This document shows, piece after piece, positions 45,101-53,702 of a stretch of DNA of 64,000 nt. The translations under genes and the position numbers were made by a program. The notes under the pieces were generated by a model. It made no database searches. It was not told the DNA's origin and saw only the letters and a list, made by a program, of their open reading frames with translations. Each line of letters starts with the position of its first letter. The stretch's first letter is position 1. The stretch comes from Candidatus Pacearchaeota archaeon (GTDB lineage Archaea > Nanobdellota > Nanobdellia > Pacearchaeales > JAPDKA01), in assembly GCA_038840695.1 (NCBI GenBank), contig JAWBVE010000001.1, positions 108,896-172,895 on the forward strand, written 5' to 3'.

Positions 45101-47277
45101 ACACAGTTAATTCAAATAATTTGGCGGGAATTTATTTAGGTTACTTCTCAAGCAATAATACTTTAATAAATAACATTGTTAATTCAAATACTTATGGAAT
45201 TGATGTAGTTGTGTGGTCAAACAACAACATCCTGACAAACAACACTGCAAGCTCAAATGATTATGGAATTATATTGCTTGCTTCATCAAACAACATTTTA
45301 ACGAGAAATATAATAAAGAATTCAACTTATTATGACCTATATGTTGATAATTCCTCAGCCAATAACTCCATCTTTTTAAATAATTTCCTTTCTAAAGGCA
45401 TTAAAGATGAGCTATATAGCTTTGACGAAGCTATTTCGAATTATACTATTTCCTACTCGCCGATGCACTTTAATGGAGAGGACTTTTATGAAGAAATTTA
45501 TGCTATTCCTGCCGTTGGTTGTTATAATATAACTGCAGATGGACAGATTGTGAATGTTGATGGAGTAACGAATATAGACTTAATTTTAGTTAATGACAGT
45601 GCCAATCCTGCCTGTGGATGGGCTCCTGGCGGCTTGCGTGAGGTTTTTTGCCAGGGCTGTTATGGCCTTGGCATTACTAATTGTAGCATACTCGAGGCAT
45701 TGCTTGGCTTGAATCCTGGAGATTGTCGCTATTTTAAGGCAAGCGCTTTTGTGGCTGGTGGCTATGGTAGCAATTATACTTGGAATGATAGCTTCAATGA
45801 TAGCTATTATGTAATTCCTGGCTATACAACACCACCTTACTTAAACTTTAGCATTATTGGAACAACAAATGAGAGCTATAATGGCACAAATATATATTGT
45901 GTAAATAACAGTGGAAATTGGTATGATGAAAATGCTAGGCCTTTGAAGCTGGTTGATTGTGGCAAAGCCAATGTTATTTCAATTAGCATTTCTGGCTACA
46001 TTGTTAATCTTGCATTTGTTGGCCAAGACTCAGCATTAAGCCCTGTCTACTATGATCTTTTCCTAGTTAATGCATCTAATCTATCTAATCAGAGCTTTTT
46101 GATGAATACAACATCAACATCATTAAGCATTGATCTTAGCGGCTATTCTGCGGGAACTTATAAAATTAAGATAGTTCCTTTTGTTCTTGGTTCAAGATAT
46201 AATGGAACAATCATTTATAGTGAGCCATTTACTTTGGCTCCAGCTCAGCCTCCCCCACCTACGCCCCCACCTACGCCAACACCAAATCATGCACCAGAAA
46301 TAATAGCTTATAAACCAGAAGATTTGAGCATAGCTATTCAAGAAAATGATAGCCTAGTCTTTTATGCTAAGGCAAGAGATGCTGATAATGACAGCCTAAT
46401 AATGAAATTTTATCTTAATGACAATGAAGTAAATGAATGTCAAGATGTTGGGGAGGTAGAATGTGGCTTTAATTTCAAAGAGGCGAGTGGTAGTTACAGC
46501 ATTAAAGCAGAAGTAAGTGATGGCGAAGCAAGTAATAGGGTTGAGTGGCAAGTAACAGTTATTAAATGCATCGACGAGTGGAACTGTAGTGAGTGGGGAC
46601 CTTGCATTAATGGAACAATGGAAAGGAGATGTGTTAAAGTTAATCCTGAATGTCCTAGCGAGGAGCATAAGCCAAGCGAAAGCCAAGCCTGTGTCGTGCC
46701 AATAGAAAAATGCGTTCTTGCATATTGTGAAAATTGGTCTGAATGTAAGCTTGAAAGGGCTAGCTGGAAAGAGCTTCTTGCAGGAAAAATAACCTATTAT
46801 GGCAAGCAAAAGAGAATTTGTTATTGCAAGGATGGTAGAAATTATAGTGAAGAGCAAGATTGTGTAGTTTATAAAGAGTTAAAAGTTGAGAAGGGCTTTG
46901 AATGTGGGGTTGTGCACTATTATGTCAAGGATAAGGCAACAAATAAAATACTAGCCAAAATAAAGATGCCATCATTTGAGAAAGGCCTTGATATTCACTT
47001 TGTGATAAAAGAGAGTGAACTTGGCTATTGCTGGTATTGCTTTGATGGCAAACAAGATTATGATGAAACTGGCATTGATTGTGGCGGGCCTTGCAAGCCT
47101 TGTGTGGAAAAACCAGCAGTTCCGGCTAAAGCTAAGAAATTCAACTATCTTCCTGTAATAATAATCAGCATTCTTTTTGTATCTGGGTTGGCTTGGCTAA
47201 CCTTAAAATTGTTAAAAAAGAGAGAAATAGTAGCTATGAAACGCAAATTAAAAGAAATGAGCATTTTTAGGAAATAA
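42109..47277 (+). CDS. giant surface protein: two NosD/PbH1-type beta-helix modules, Ig/cadherin-like domain, Cys-rich modules, C-terminal TM anchor
   Basis: 1722 aa. Signal/TM at the N-terminus. Repeated NNTLxNNTANSNxxGIYL beta-helix turns. Duplicated cap CYCDSCSNCTAQLN..CSEVLLTADITNFAGTCI at codons 319 and 900. C-terminal TM plus basic tail. Very dense in N-x-S/T sequons. Confidence 0.8.
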   Translation: MQKKSAILLIFLVLICLALLLIIAVKKSEITGLAIYLSKPSYASNERLSGSYELSLREGELIPLDSIALIQLADQQRNLTLEEWLELSNASYPLGFGSFYLENKSLSGEGMGLGRPGKLIEKPSISFKLKIFEISQSQASNESEEKDTFSTFSVGNIGNIGGASVFNPINPLSFLYFISALKSLLGFTIAEQLEASVSADKPFIYEIPPGYDAEIIEESINIDGSPASIELLQISKQGSILTIKTNYTIEKIGFGPEFLGEAYTIPLSLDVLNLQAQDGTLEIKLVYANETLFYDQEQITTQATAAPAQIQEFQIQQTCYCDSCSNCTAQLNNPLCSEVLLTADITNFAGTCIDNPENFSNKVFDCQGHTIDGDDNGTDYGIYLSEKTNNTIKNCIVTDFYFGIYFYNSSNNTLANNIANSNYYFGIYLYSSSNNTLINNTANSNKGDLSYIGSGILLSYSSNNTLINNNASLNNNFGIDLSYSSNNTLINNTASSNSNGIYLDSSSNNTLTNNTASSNSEDGIYLGSSSNNNLISNTANSNGGSGIYLGYSSSDNIVTNNIANNNSRGINVCGAVNSTIANNTMQENVYVDLEECSIGGENCLNNIFENNTCSGDRLCGVYNYPVNLVNQEFSDLIMCNATGSNITNVTVKGSETLFNNAVRIFFSDNLLIQNLTSSGNAIGIALVGSNNITIINSTANYNNGGFPFGLVIFGGGNHTINNSEFNFNGAGIRLLTSSNILTNNTANSNMYGIYLSSSSSNILINNTARNNSDWDFYSESDSIGNIITNLNIGPIVSFEGKDIALRNASAPAADPAGWYNISKYVNATNNSADSWLFLNISYDESEIDSVSEASLRIWKYNDSWYNEGFYTINGVDTTNNVVYANITSFSIFAPLGIPPCYCDSCSNCTAQLNDPACSEVLLTADITNFAGTCINNPENFSNKIFDCQGHKIDGDDSGADHGIDLSGKTNNTIKNCVITDFFEGIYLYGVSNSIFTNNTVNSNNLAGIYLGYFSSNNTLINNIVNSNTYGIDVVVWSNNNILTNNTASSNDYGIILLASSNNILTRNIIKNSTYYDLYVDNSSANNSIFLNNFLSKGIKDELYSFDEAISNYTISYSPMHFNGEDFYEEIYAIPAVGCYNITADGQIVNVDGVTNIDLILVNDSANPACGWAPGGLREVFCQGCYGLGITNCSILEALLGLNPGDCRYFKASAFVAGGYGSNYTWNDSFNDSYYVIPGYTTPPYLNFSIIGTTNESYNGTNIYCVNNSGNWYDENARPLKLVDCGKANVISISISGYIVNLAFVGQDSALSPVYYDLFLVNASNLSNQSFLMNTTSTSLSIDLSGYSAGTYKIKIVPFVLGSRYNGTIIYSEPFTLAPAQPPPPTPPPTPTPNHAPEIIAYKPEDLSIAIQENDSLVFYAKARDADNDSLIMKFYLNDNEVNECQDVGEVECGFNFKEASGSYSIKAEVSDGEASNRVEWQVTVIKCIDEWNCSEWGPCINGTMERRCVKVNPECPSEEHKPSESQACVVPIEKCVLAYCENWSECKLERASWKELLAGKITYYGKQKRICYCKDGRNYSEEQDCVVYKELKVEKGFECGVVHYYVKDKATNKILAKIKMPSFEKGLDIHFVIKESELGYCWYCFDGKQDYDETGIDCGGPCKPCVEKPAVPAKAKKFNYLPVIIISILFVSGLAWLTLKLLKKREIVAMKRKLKEMSIFRK

Positions 47278-47290
47278 GCAAAAAGGGCAA

Positions 47291-47303
47291 TAACTTTATA
47301 AAC
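47291..47303 (+). promoter_or_regulatory. TATA-like promoter (TAACTTTATAAAC)
   Basis: The TATA core at 47295..47302 is centred about 27 nt upstream of the ATG at 47326. Confidence 0.4.
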
Positions 47304-47325
47304 AAAAAGACTTTTAATTTTAAAA

Positions 47326-47826
47326 ATGAGTGAGAAGGAACTTATTTATGAAACAAAGGTAAAGCATGATGGAATTTTTGATTTTAAAGCTCTTTATGCT
47401 TTTCTCTATGACTGGTTTGCTGATAGAGAGTATTTTATAAAAGAAGAGAGCTATACTGAAAAAATTAAGGCAGAAGGCAAAGAAATAGAAATAAAATGGA
47501 AATGCTTAAAGAAGATTACAGATTACTTTAGGTTTGAGATAGAAATTAAGTGGAGAATTTCAAGGCTTGTTGACATAGAAATAACAAAAGAAGGAAAAAA
47601 AATTAAGGCAAACAAAGGCGAAGTTGAAATTAAATTTTCAGGCACACTAGAGAGAGATTATGAAAATAAATTTGAGACCTCTGCTTTCACTAAATTTTTA
47701 CGTTCTGTCTATGACAGATACATTATAAGGACAAGAATAGAGCAAATGGAAGGAGAGCTAACAAAAGAGGTTATCGATGCCTCAAATCAAGTAAAATCAT
47801 ATCTTGTTCTTGAGGCTAAGAGGTAA
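47326..47826 (+). CDS. hypothetical cytoplasmic protein
   Basis: 166-aa ORF with no signal peptide. Beta-rich with a long C-terminal helix. Sits between the two giant surface-protein genes. Confidence 0.45.
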   Translation: MSEKELIYETKVKHDGIFDFKALYAFLYDWFADREYFIKEESYTEKIKAEGKEIEIKWKCLKKITDYFRFEIEIKWRISRLVDIEITKEGKKIKANKGEVEIKFSGTLERDYENKFETSAFTKFLRSVYDRYIIRTRIEQMEGELTKEVIDASNQVKSYLVLEAKR

Positions 47827-47875
47827 AAGTTTTTAAAGATAAAGTAATTTTAACATAATTAAACAAAAAATACAA

Positions 47876-50800
47876 ATGAAAAAAAGAAAAAAGAGGTACT
47901 TAGGCTCTATTTTAGGCATTTTATGCCTAGCTTTTATAATTTTTATTCCTGCAACTCAAGCTGAAAGCCCTATTTTAAGTGAGCAGCTTTTTCAATATAA
48001 GGCAATTTTAAATGAGCCTGTAAAATGGAAAAAAATCATAAATGCAAGCGAGCCTACAATAATAAAAACAAAACTGCCAAAAGAGGCTAGCAATATTAGT
48101 GTTAAAATTATTGATAATGAAAGCATCGAAGTATCTCCTGATCTAATAACAATCTACTCAATTGCTGAAGGCTTTTCTAGCTTTTTTAAAAAAATTATTA
48201 AGGGCCTTACTGGTTATTTGATAAATCTTGACGAGTTTTTTATTGATAAAAATGCCAATGAAGTTACTTTAGAAATAAAGCAATTAGCTAAGGCAGTAGA
48301 AATAGAATATTTCACTCCAGCGCCTTATGCAATTGAGCAAGTTGGAATTAATGAAAGCAGAAAGCTAATAACAATAGTTGGCCCAGAAACCTTGCACTAT
48401 AGCGATGTTCTTGCATACACAAATCTGCCTGTGGAAGCAATAAAAGATGCAATAACACTTTATCACATTATTGACAATGACAAGGAAGAAGTAGCCTTTG
48501 AAGCTTTTGACAAAAATAACAATGGCCTGATTGATTATATTGAGTGGAACATCCCTTATTTAAGTAATCAAAGTTATGAGCTTGTGATAAATGAAATGGC
48601 AAGTGAGAATGGCACTACAAATGAGCCAGCATACAATGTAAGCGAGACGGAATATTTTACAATTGCTGAAGCTTGGCAATATAGAAGAAGCATAACAATA
48701 GATAACACAGCAAACTCAAACACTTTAACAGATTATCAAGTTTTGGTTATTTTAGACACTCAAAGCTTAATTTCTGTCGGAAAAATGCGTCCGGATTGTG
48801 GAGATATAAGATTTACTGACTCAGATGGTCAAACCCTATTAAATTATTGGCTTGAATCTGACTGCAATACAACTTCAACAAAGCTCTGGGTAAAAGTTCC
48901 TTCAATTCCAGCAAGCTCAACAGCAACTATTTATGTTTACTATGGAAATCCTTCTGCAACTTCAGCAAGCAATATTGCCAACACCTTCATTTTTGGTGAT
49001 GATTTTGAAGACGGTGTGATAAATTCAGCTTGGATATTTCAACAAAATACAACAGGAAGTGCTACGTGGATTGAAACAGGGGGGCTATTACAACAAACAA
49101 GTACCGTGGACGATAGTGTAGGTAAACATGCGAAAGTTACTATACCAAGTGCAGACTATATAGCAGAAGTCAAAATGAGACCCGACACTTTTGGAAGTGA
49201 TTACAGGATGGGTTTGGCTGGAAGAATTACTGCTGATAATAGAGGGTATAATTTGGTTATTACTTACGACAATCTAACAACGATTAGTTTTTTAGATGAC
49301 CTTGTTGCGTGGGGAACAGCTGGTTCCGTAGGGTTCACCTTTACTACAGGAGTATGGTACAATTTCAAGATGGCCCTAGTTGGAAATAATCAATACGGAA
49401 AAGCTTGGCAGGTTGGAACTACCGAACCAGCTTCGTGGCAAGTATCCCAAGCTTGGACAACAAGAACAGATGCTAATGCGGGATTAAATGGTGGTTTAAA
49501 TTCTGCCGTATCTTTTGATGATTTTAGAGTTAGAAAATACACTTCCCCAGAACCAACAACAAGCGTAGGAGCAGAAGATCAAGCCCCTCAAATTACTCTG
49601 AACGAACCGGCCAATAACACACAATTCAACAATATTCACGATATTAACTTCAACTTTACTGCTACAGATGATTGGAATCAAACATTAAGTTGCTCAATAT
49701 ATCTTGACTCTGTGTTAAATCAAACAAATAATTCAGTGCAAAATAACACATTAACAAACTTCTTGATTAATGGAATAAGTTATGGAGATCATAGCTGGTA
49801 TATAAACTGTACAGACGGAAGCCTGAGCAATGTTTCTGCGACAAGGCACTTTACAATCGCAGATACGATTGCCCCTGCAATTCAATTTGTTCCTCTAACA
49901 GAAAGCTCTGGAAGCATAATAAACAGGAATTACATACAAATTAACGTAACAGCATCCGACTCAGGCATAGGTCTAAAAAACATAACAATCTACCTTTACA
50001 ATTCAACCGATCTAATTAATTCAAGCAATTTAACAACCTCGCCATTATTTGTTAACTTTACAGGCTTGGCTGAAGGAACTTACTACTTTAATGCAACTGC
50101 TTATGATAATGCTGAAAATGCGAATTCAACTGAAACAAGAAATGTAACTCTTGATGTAACGCCGCCTAGAATTAGCTTTAGTTTGTCACGTAGATGGGTA
50201 TATGTGGGAGAAAAAATAGAAGCAAGCTGTTTTGCAAGTGATAACCTTGATCCAAGTCCTGTCATATCTATTTCAAGAATAGACACTTCATCAATAGGCA
50301 AATTCACAGCAACATGCACAGCCAAAGACAAGGCAGGAAATGTAGCTATAGCAACAATGAGATATGAAGTAAGACATAGGCCTAGTAAAGGTGGTGTTTA
50401 TGTACCTTCTCCCTCTGTATGTGGCGATGGCAAATGTGATTCAAAAAAGGAAAATTATTTGAATTGCTCACAGGACTGTGCTGCTCCTAGTGAGCCGCCT
50501 GAAAATGTAAGCGAGGATTTGGGCGATGTTGGGGAAGGTAGAGAATATGGGGGAAGTGGTGGATATGCCTTTAGGTTTAGGGTTAAGGGGCAGGAGCATG
50601 TTGGGCAGATAGGTGAAATAAGGGCAAATGGAATCACTTTATTCATTTGGAGCGATCCTATAAAAATAGATTTAATTATAGGTAAAGCTGTGCAACTTGA
50701 CTTGGATGGCAATAATCTTGCTGAGCTTGAAATTTTGCTGGAAAAGATTGAAAATGACAAAGCATTTTTGTTATTGAAAGAATTAAAAGAAAAAGAAGAA

Positions 50801-50944
50801 ATGCCATCTAGCATTGCTGTGCCTACACAGCCAACAAAGCAAGCAAAACCAAAGCTTATATGGTTATGGATAATTATAGGTGCAATCCTAATTGTAATAA
50901 TCGTAGCAGCAATCCTTCGTAGCATTCGTAAGAAAAAAGTTTAG
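47876..50944 (+). CDS. giant surface protein with DUF2341 and LamG/jelly-roll-like domains, Ig-like repeats and a C-terminal TM anchor
   Basis: 1022 aa. Signal peptide. YRRSITIDNTANSNTLTDYQVLVILDT...CGDIRFTDSDGQTLLNYWLE...LWVKVPSIPASSTATIYVYYGN matches the DUF2341 pattern. C-terminal TM LIWLWIIIGAILIVIIVAAIL plus a basic tail. Confidence 0.7.
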   Translation: MKKRKKRYLGSILGILCLAFIIFIPATQAESPILSEQLFQYKAILNEPVKWKKIINASEPTIIKTKLPKEASNISVKIIDNESIEVSPDLITIYSIAEGFSSFFKKIIKGLTGYLINLDEFFIDKNANEVTLEIKQLAKAVEIEYFTPAPYAIEQVGINESRKLITIVGPETLHYSDVLAYTNLPVEAIKDAITLYHIIDNDKEEVAFEAFDKNNNGLIDYIEWNIPYLSNQSYELVINEMASENGTTNEPAYNVSETEYFTIAEAWQYRRSITIDNTANSNTLTDYQVLVILDTQSLISVGKMRPDCGDIRFTDSDGQTLLNYWLESDCNTTSTKLWVKVPSIPASSTATIYVYYGNPSATSASNIANTFIFGDDFEDGVINSAWIFQQNTTGSATWIETGGLLQQTSTVDDSVGKHAKVTIPSADYIAEVKMRPDTFGSDYRMGLAGRITADNRGYNLVITYDNLTTISFLDDLVAWGTAGSVGFTFTTGVWYNFKMALVGNNQYGKAWQVGTTEPASWQVSQAWTTRTDANAGLNGGLNSAVSFDDFRVRKYTSPEPTTSVGAEDQAPQITLNEPANNTQFNNIHDINFNFTATDDWNQTLSCSIYLDSVLNQTNNSVQNNTLTNFLINGISYGDHSWYINCTDGSLSNVSATRHFTIADTIAPAIQFVPLTESSGSIINRNYIQINVTASDSGIGLKNITIYLYNSTDLINSSNLTTSPLFVNFTGLAEGTYYFNATAYDNAENANSTETRNVTLDVTPPRISFSLSRRWVYVGEKIEASCFASDNLDPSPVISISRIDTSSIGKFTATCTAKDKAGNVAIATMRYEVRHRPSKGGVYVPSPSVCGDGKCDSKKENYLNCSQDCAAPSEPPENVSEDLGDVGEGREYGGSGGYAFRFRVKGQEHVGQIGEIRANGITLFIWSDPIKIDLIIGKAVQLDLDGNNLAELEILLEKIENDKAFLLLKELKEKEEMPSSIAVPTQPTKQAKPKLIWLWIIIGAILIVIIVAAILRSIRKKKV

Positions 50945-51068
50945 GCACCGCTATAAGTGAAGTTCAATTATTATATTAATAATAAAAGGAAAGATTACGA
51001 TTACAAATGCAAAAATAAATAAATCCTGCCAGATTATTTAAAAAACTTAGACTGATGATAATTTTAAA

Positions 51069-51428
51069 ATGGCATCTGAGTTTGTGGATTTTACTTTGCT
51101 AGAGAAAATAAAGAAAAAGAGGCAAGAGCGAGAGTTGCAAGGGCAAGGGTTTGGACAAGGACAAAGTAATGAAAGAGCTTTAGATGCGACAAGCGGCGAG
51201 AGCGAGAGTGGTAGTGGCAGTTTTTTAGGCTTTTCGAATTTAGCTGCATTTACTAGCCCTAGTCAAGGCAGCCAAAGCGAGATGCGAGAGGAAAGCACAG
51301 AGAGCATACAATATCCGCAATATCAAAGCAGCAATTTTGTCGAACAAAAACTTTTAGAGATTTATGAAAGGCTTAATGAAATTTATGAAAGTGTAGAAGA
51401 AATCAAGAGAAAACTTAAGAAAACTTAG
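51069..51428 (+). CDS. hypothetical protein (disordered Q/S/G-rich centre, C-terminal helix)
   Basis: 119-aa ORF ending 6 nt before the lspA-like gene. Confidence 0.4.
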   Translation: MASEFVDFTLLEKIKKKRQERELQGQGFGQGQSNERALDATSGESESGSGSFLGFSNLAAFTSPSQGSQSEMREESTESIQYPQYQSSNFVEQKLLEIYERLNEIYESVEEIKRKLKKT

Positions 51429-51434
51429 AAAGGA

Positions 51435-52013
51435 ATGAAACGAAAAGCAAAAGCACAAAGAAAAGCTAAAGAAAGTTGCGAGATGAAAAAACAAAATCAT
51501 TTAATCGCAATTTTAGATTTTGTATTTTTTGCATTTTTATTTTTTATTGACAGGTTTACTAAAACTTTTTTAGCTGGCAGAGAAGGCTGCGCGCTGATTT
51601 TTTGCCTTGCCAAAGCAAAAAATAAAGGAATCTCTTTAGGCTTGCTTTCATCAGGCTTAATTAGATATTTAATAATAACCTTTTCTCTAGTAATGATTTT
51701 AATAATTTTTTTCATAAGCTTTTTTGGAAATAAAAAAAAGAAAAATCTTTTTAGATATGCAGCAATTTTTGCTCTTGCAGGCATTATTGGGAATCTCTTT
51801 GATAGAGTATTTTATGGCTATGTGATTGATTGGCTCTCACTTAGCTTGCTTGGCCTTTCATTTAATCTTGCTGATTGCTATTTATGGATTGCCTTAATTT
51901 TATGTGTGATCTTTTTGATAAAGAAGCAAAAGGAAAGAAGACCAAAGAAAAAAGCAAGCAGTTGGCGTTGGCATCAAGTGCAAACAACAAAAAAACCAAA
52001 GGTTTTTAAATAA
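51435..52013 (+). CDS. lspA: lipoprotein signal peptidase II (peptidase A8), bacterial type
   Basis: 192 aa with about four TM helices. FIDRFTK, AKNKGISLGLL, IIGNLFDRVFYGYVIDW and SFNLADCYL line up with the LspA boxes (D..K, N.G.aF, GN..DR, V.D, FN.AD). Both catalytic Asp boxes are present. Confidence 0.75.
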   Translation: MKRKAKAQRKAKESCEMKKQNHLIAILDFVFFAFLFFIDRFTKTFLAGREGCALIFCLAKAKNKGISLGLLSSGLIRYLIITFSLVMILIIFFISFFGNKKKKNLFRYAAIFALAGIIGNLFDRVFYGYVIDWLSLSLLGLSFNLADCYLWIALILCVIFLIKKQKERRPKKKASSWRWHQVQTTKKPKVFK

Positions 52014-52251
52014 TTTTTGTTTTTTAAATTTATAATTGCTTAAAGCTACTTTAAAGCTTAGCTTTCATTTCAATTAAGCAAAAGCTAATTGCTTAACCAT
52101 TGCTCAAAGCATCATCCATAATAGCTAAAAGCTAATTAGGTTAAGTTAAAGAAAGTTAAGAATCAAAGCTAAAAGCAAAAGCAAGAAGCTAAAAGCTTAA
52201 GCTGAAATAAAAGCTAAAAACAAAACTAAAACAAAAGTAAAAATAGCAAAA

Positions 52252-53670
52252 ATGGGAAAAATAAGTCCTATATCGATAAAATATCTTATAAAAATAAAAT
52301 TTACTGCAAATGGTATAGTTGAAAAGCCTGATGTGATAGGTGCAATTTTTGGCCAGACAGAGGGCTTACTTGGTGAGGAGCTTGAACTTCGCGAGTTGCA
52401 GAAAAAAGGAAAAATTGGCCGAATTGAAGCAGAAATAAAATATGAAGGAGAAAAAACTAGCGGCATTGTGCAAATACCAACGGCTCTAGATAAGACAGAA
52501 ACCACGCTCGTAGCAGCTGCCATAGAAACAATTGACAGAATAGGCCCAACAGAAGCAAAATTTGAAGTTATCGAGGTTGAGGATGTGAGAGAAGAAAAAA
52601 GAAAATATATTGTAGAAAGAGCTAAGGAGCTTTTGAAAAAAATAACAGAAAAACTTCCTGAATCAAAAGAAATACAAGAGGCTGTAAAGTTAACTAAGAA
52701 AGTTTCTGAAATAAGAGAGATAGGAAAAGAAAAATTGCCTGCAGGAAATATTGAAGGCAAAGAAATTATAATTGTTGAAGGCAGGGCCGACGTTATAAAT
52801 TTAATTAAGCATAATATAGACAATGTAATAGCGATGAATGGTATAAAAGTGCCATCAACGATAAAAAAAATTTCTAAAGAAAAAGAAACAACTTTGTTCA
52901 TTGATGGTGATAGAGGAGGCTTATTGCTTGCAAAATCTGCACTAAAAAGTGGAGCAAAAATAGATTATATTGCTATAGCACCTGATGGTAAGGAAGTTGA
53001 GGAGCTTGTTGGAAAAGAAATTCTAAGTGCTTTGAGAAAGCGAGTTCCGGCAAGTGAGTTTATCGAGAAATACGAACTTAATAAAGGAAAACTAAGAGGA
53101 AAAATAAAATCAATACAAGAAACAGGAAAAGAGGAAAAAGAACAGGGCAAAGAACAGGGAAAAGAACAATTTGAGGAAAAAGTAAAGAAAAAAGAAAGAA
53201 AACCGAGGAAGCAGGCAATGAGGAAAGGAATAAGGGAAAAAACAAAAGAAAGGGAGAAAGAGAAGATAGAAAAAAGAATTGAAGAAGGAGAGGCTATCGA
53301 GGCTGTTATTGAAGCACAAAAGGAGATGCAGGCAGGAGAAAAGATAGCTGAAAAGACAGCTGAGAAGACAGCAGAAAAAATTGGTGGGAAAGAAAAAGAA
53401 GAGATATATAAGAAAATAAAGCCTTTTCTGGATGAGGCTAGAGATAGTGGACTCGCCTATATAGTGGACAAAAATTTTAGGCTAATAAAAACATTGCCTT
53501 TCAGAAATCTAAAGTTTTTGCTAAGAAAGTTCATAGGCTATTGTTTAATCGTTGATGGCTCTGTTGATGATTATCTGATTGATATTGCGGAAAGAAGTGG
53601 ATTTAAGATAGTAGCAGCAAGAAATTTTATAATTAAGAGAGAGCATAGGGCTGTACTAATAAGCTTTTAA
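52252..53670 (+). CDS. dnaG: archaeal DnaG-type Toprim protein (primase/exosome-associated)
   Basis: 472 aa. N-terminus IKYLIKIKFTANGIVEKPDVIGAIFGQTEGLLG. Toprim motifs IIVEGRADV and FIDGDRGG. A long K/E-rich insertion precedes the C-terminal domain. Confidence 0.9.
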   Translation: MGKISPISIKYLIKIKFTANGIVEKPDVIGAIFGQTEGLLGEELELRELQKKGKIGRIEAEIKYEGEKTSGIVQIPTALDKTETTLVAAAIETIDRIGPTEAKFEVIEVEDVREEKRKYIVERAKELLKKITEKLPESKEIQEAVKLTKKVSEIREIGKEKLPAGNIEGKEIIIVEGRADVINLIKHNIDNVIAMNGIKVPSTIKKISKEKETTLFIDGDRGGLLLAKSALKSGAKIDYIAIAPDGKEVEELVGKEILSALRKRVPASEFIEKYELNKGKLRGKIKSIQETGKEEKEQGKEQGKEQFEEKVKKKERKPRKQAMRKGIREKTKEREKEKIEKRIEEGEAIEAVIEAQKEMQAGEKIAEKTAEKTAEKIGGKEKEEIYKKIKPFLDEARDSGLAYIVDKNFRLIKTLPFRNLKFLLRKFIGYCLIVDGSVDDYLIDIAERSGFKIVAARNFIIKREHRAVLISF

Positions 53671-53702
53671 TTTGACTTGTAAAGAAAATCTAGTAGAGCA
53701 AA

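Noticed and set aside
52197-52901. 234-aa minus-strand ORF
   Set aside because: It is fully antisense to the well-supported dnaG N-terminal and Toprim region, with an S/I/F-rich composition typical of antisense frames in AT-rich DNA. The same reasoning applies to 22098..22643 (antisense to cdc48), 16947..17444 (antisense to ftsZ), 46396..46857 and 50455..50925 (antisense to the surface proteins), and 39182..39688 (antisense to proS).
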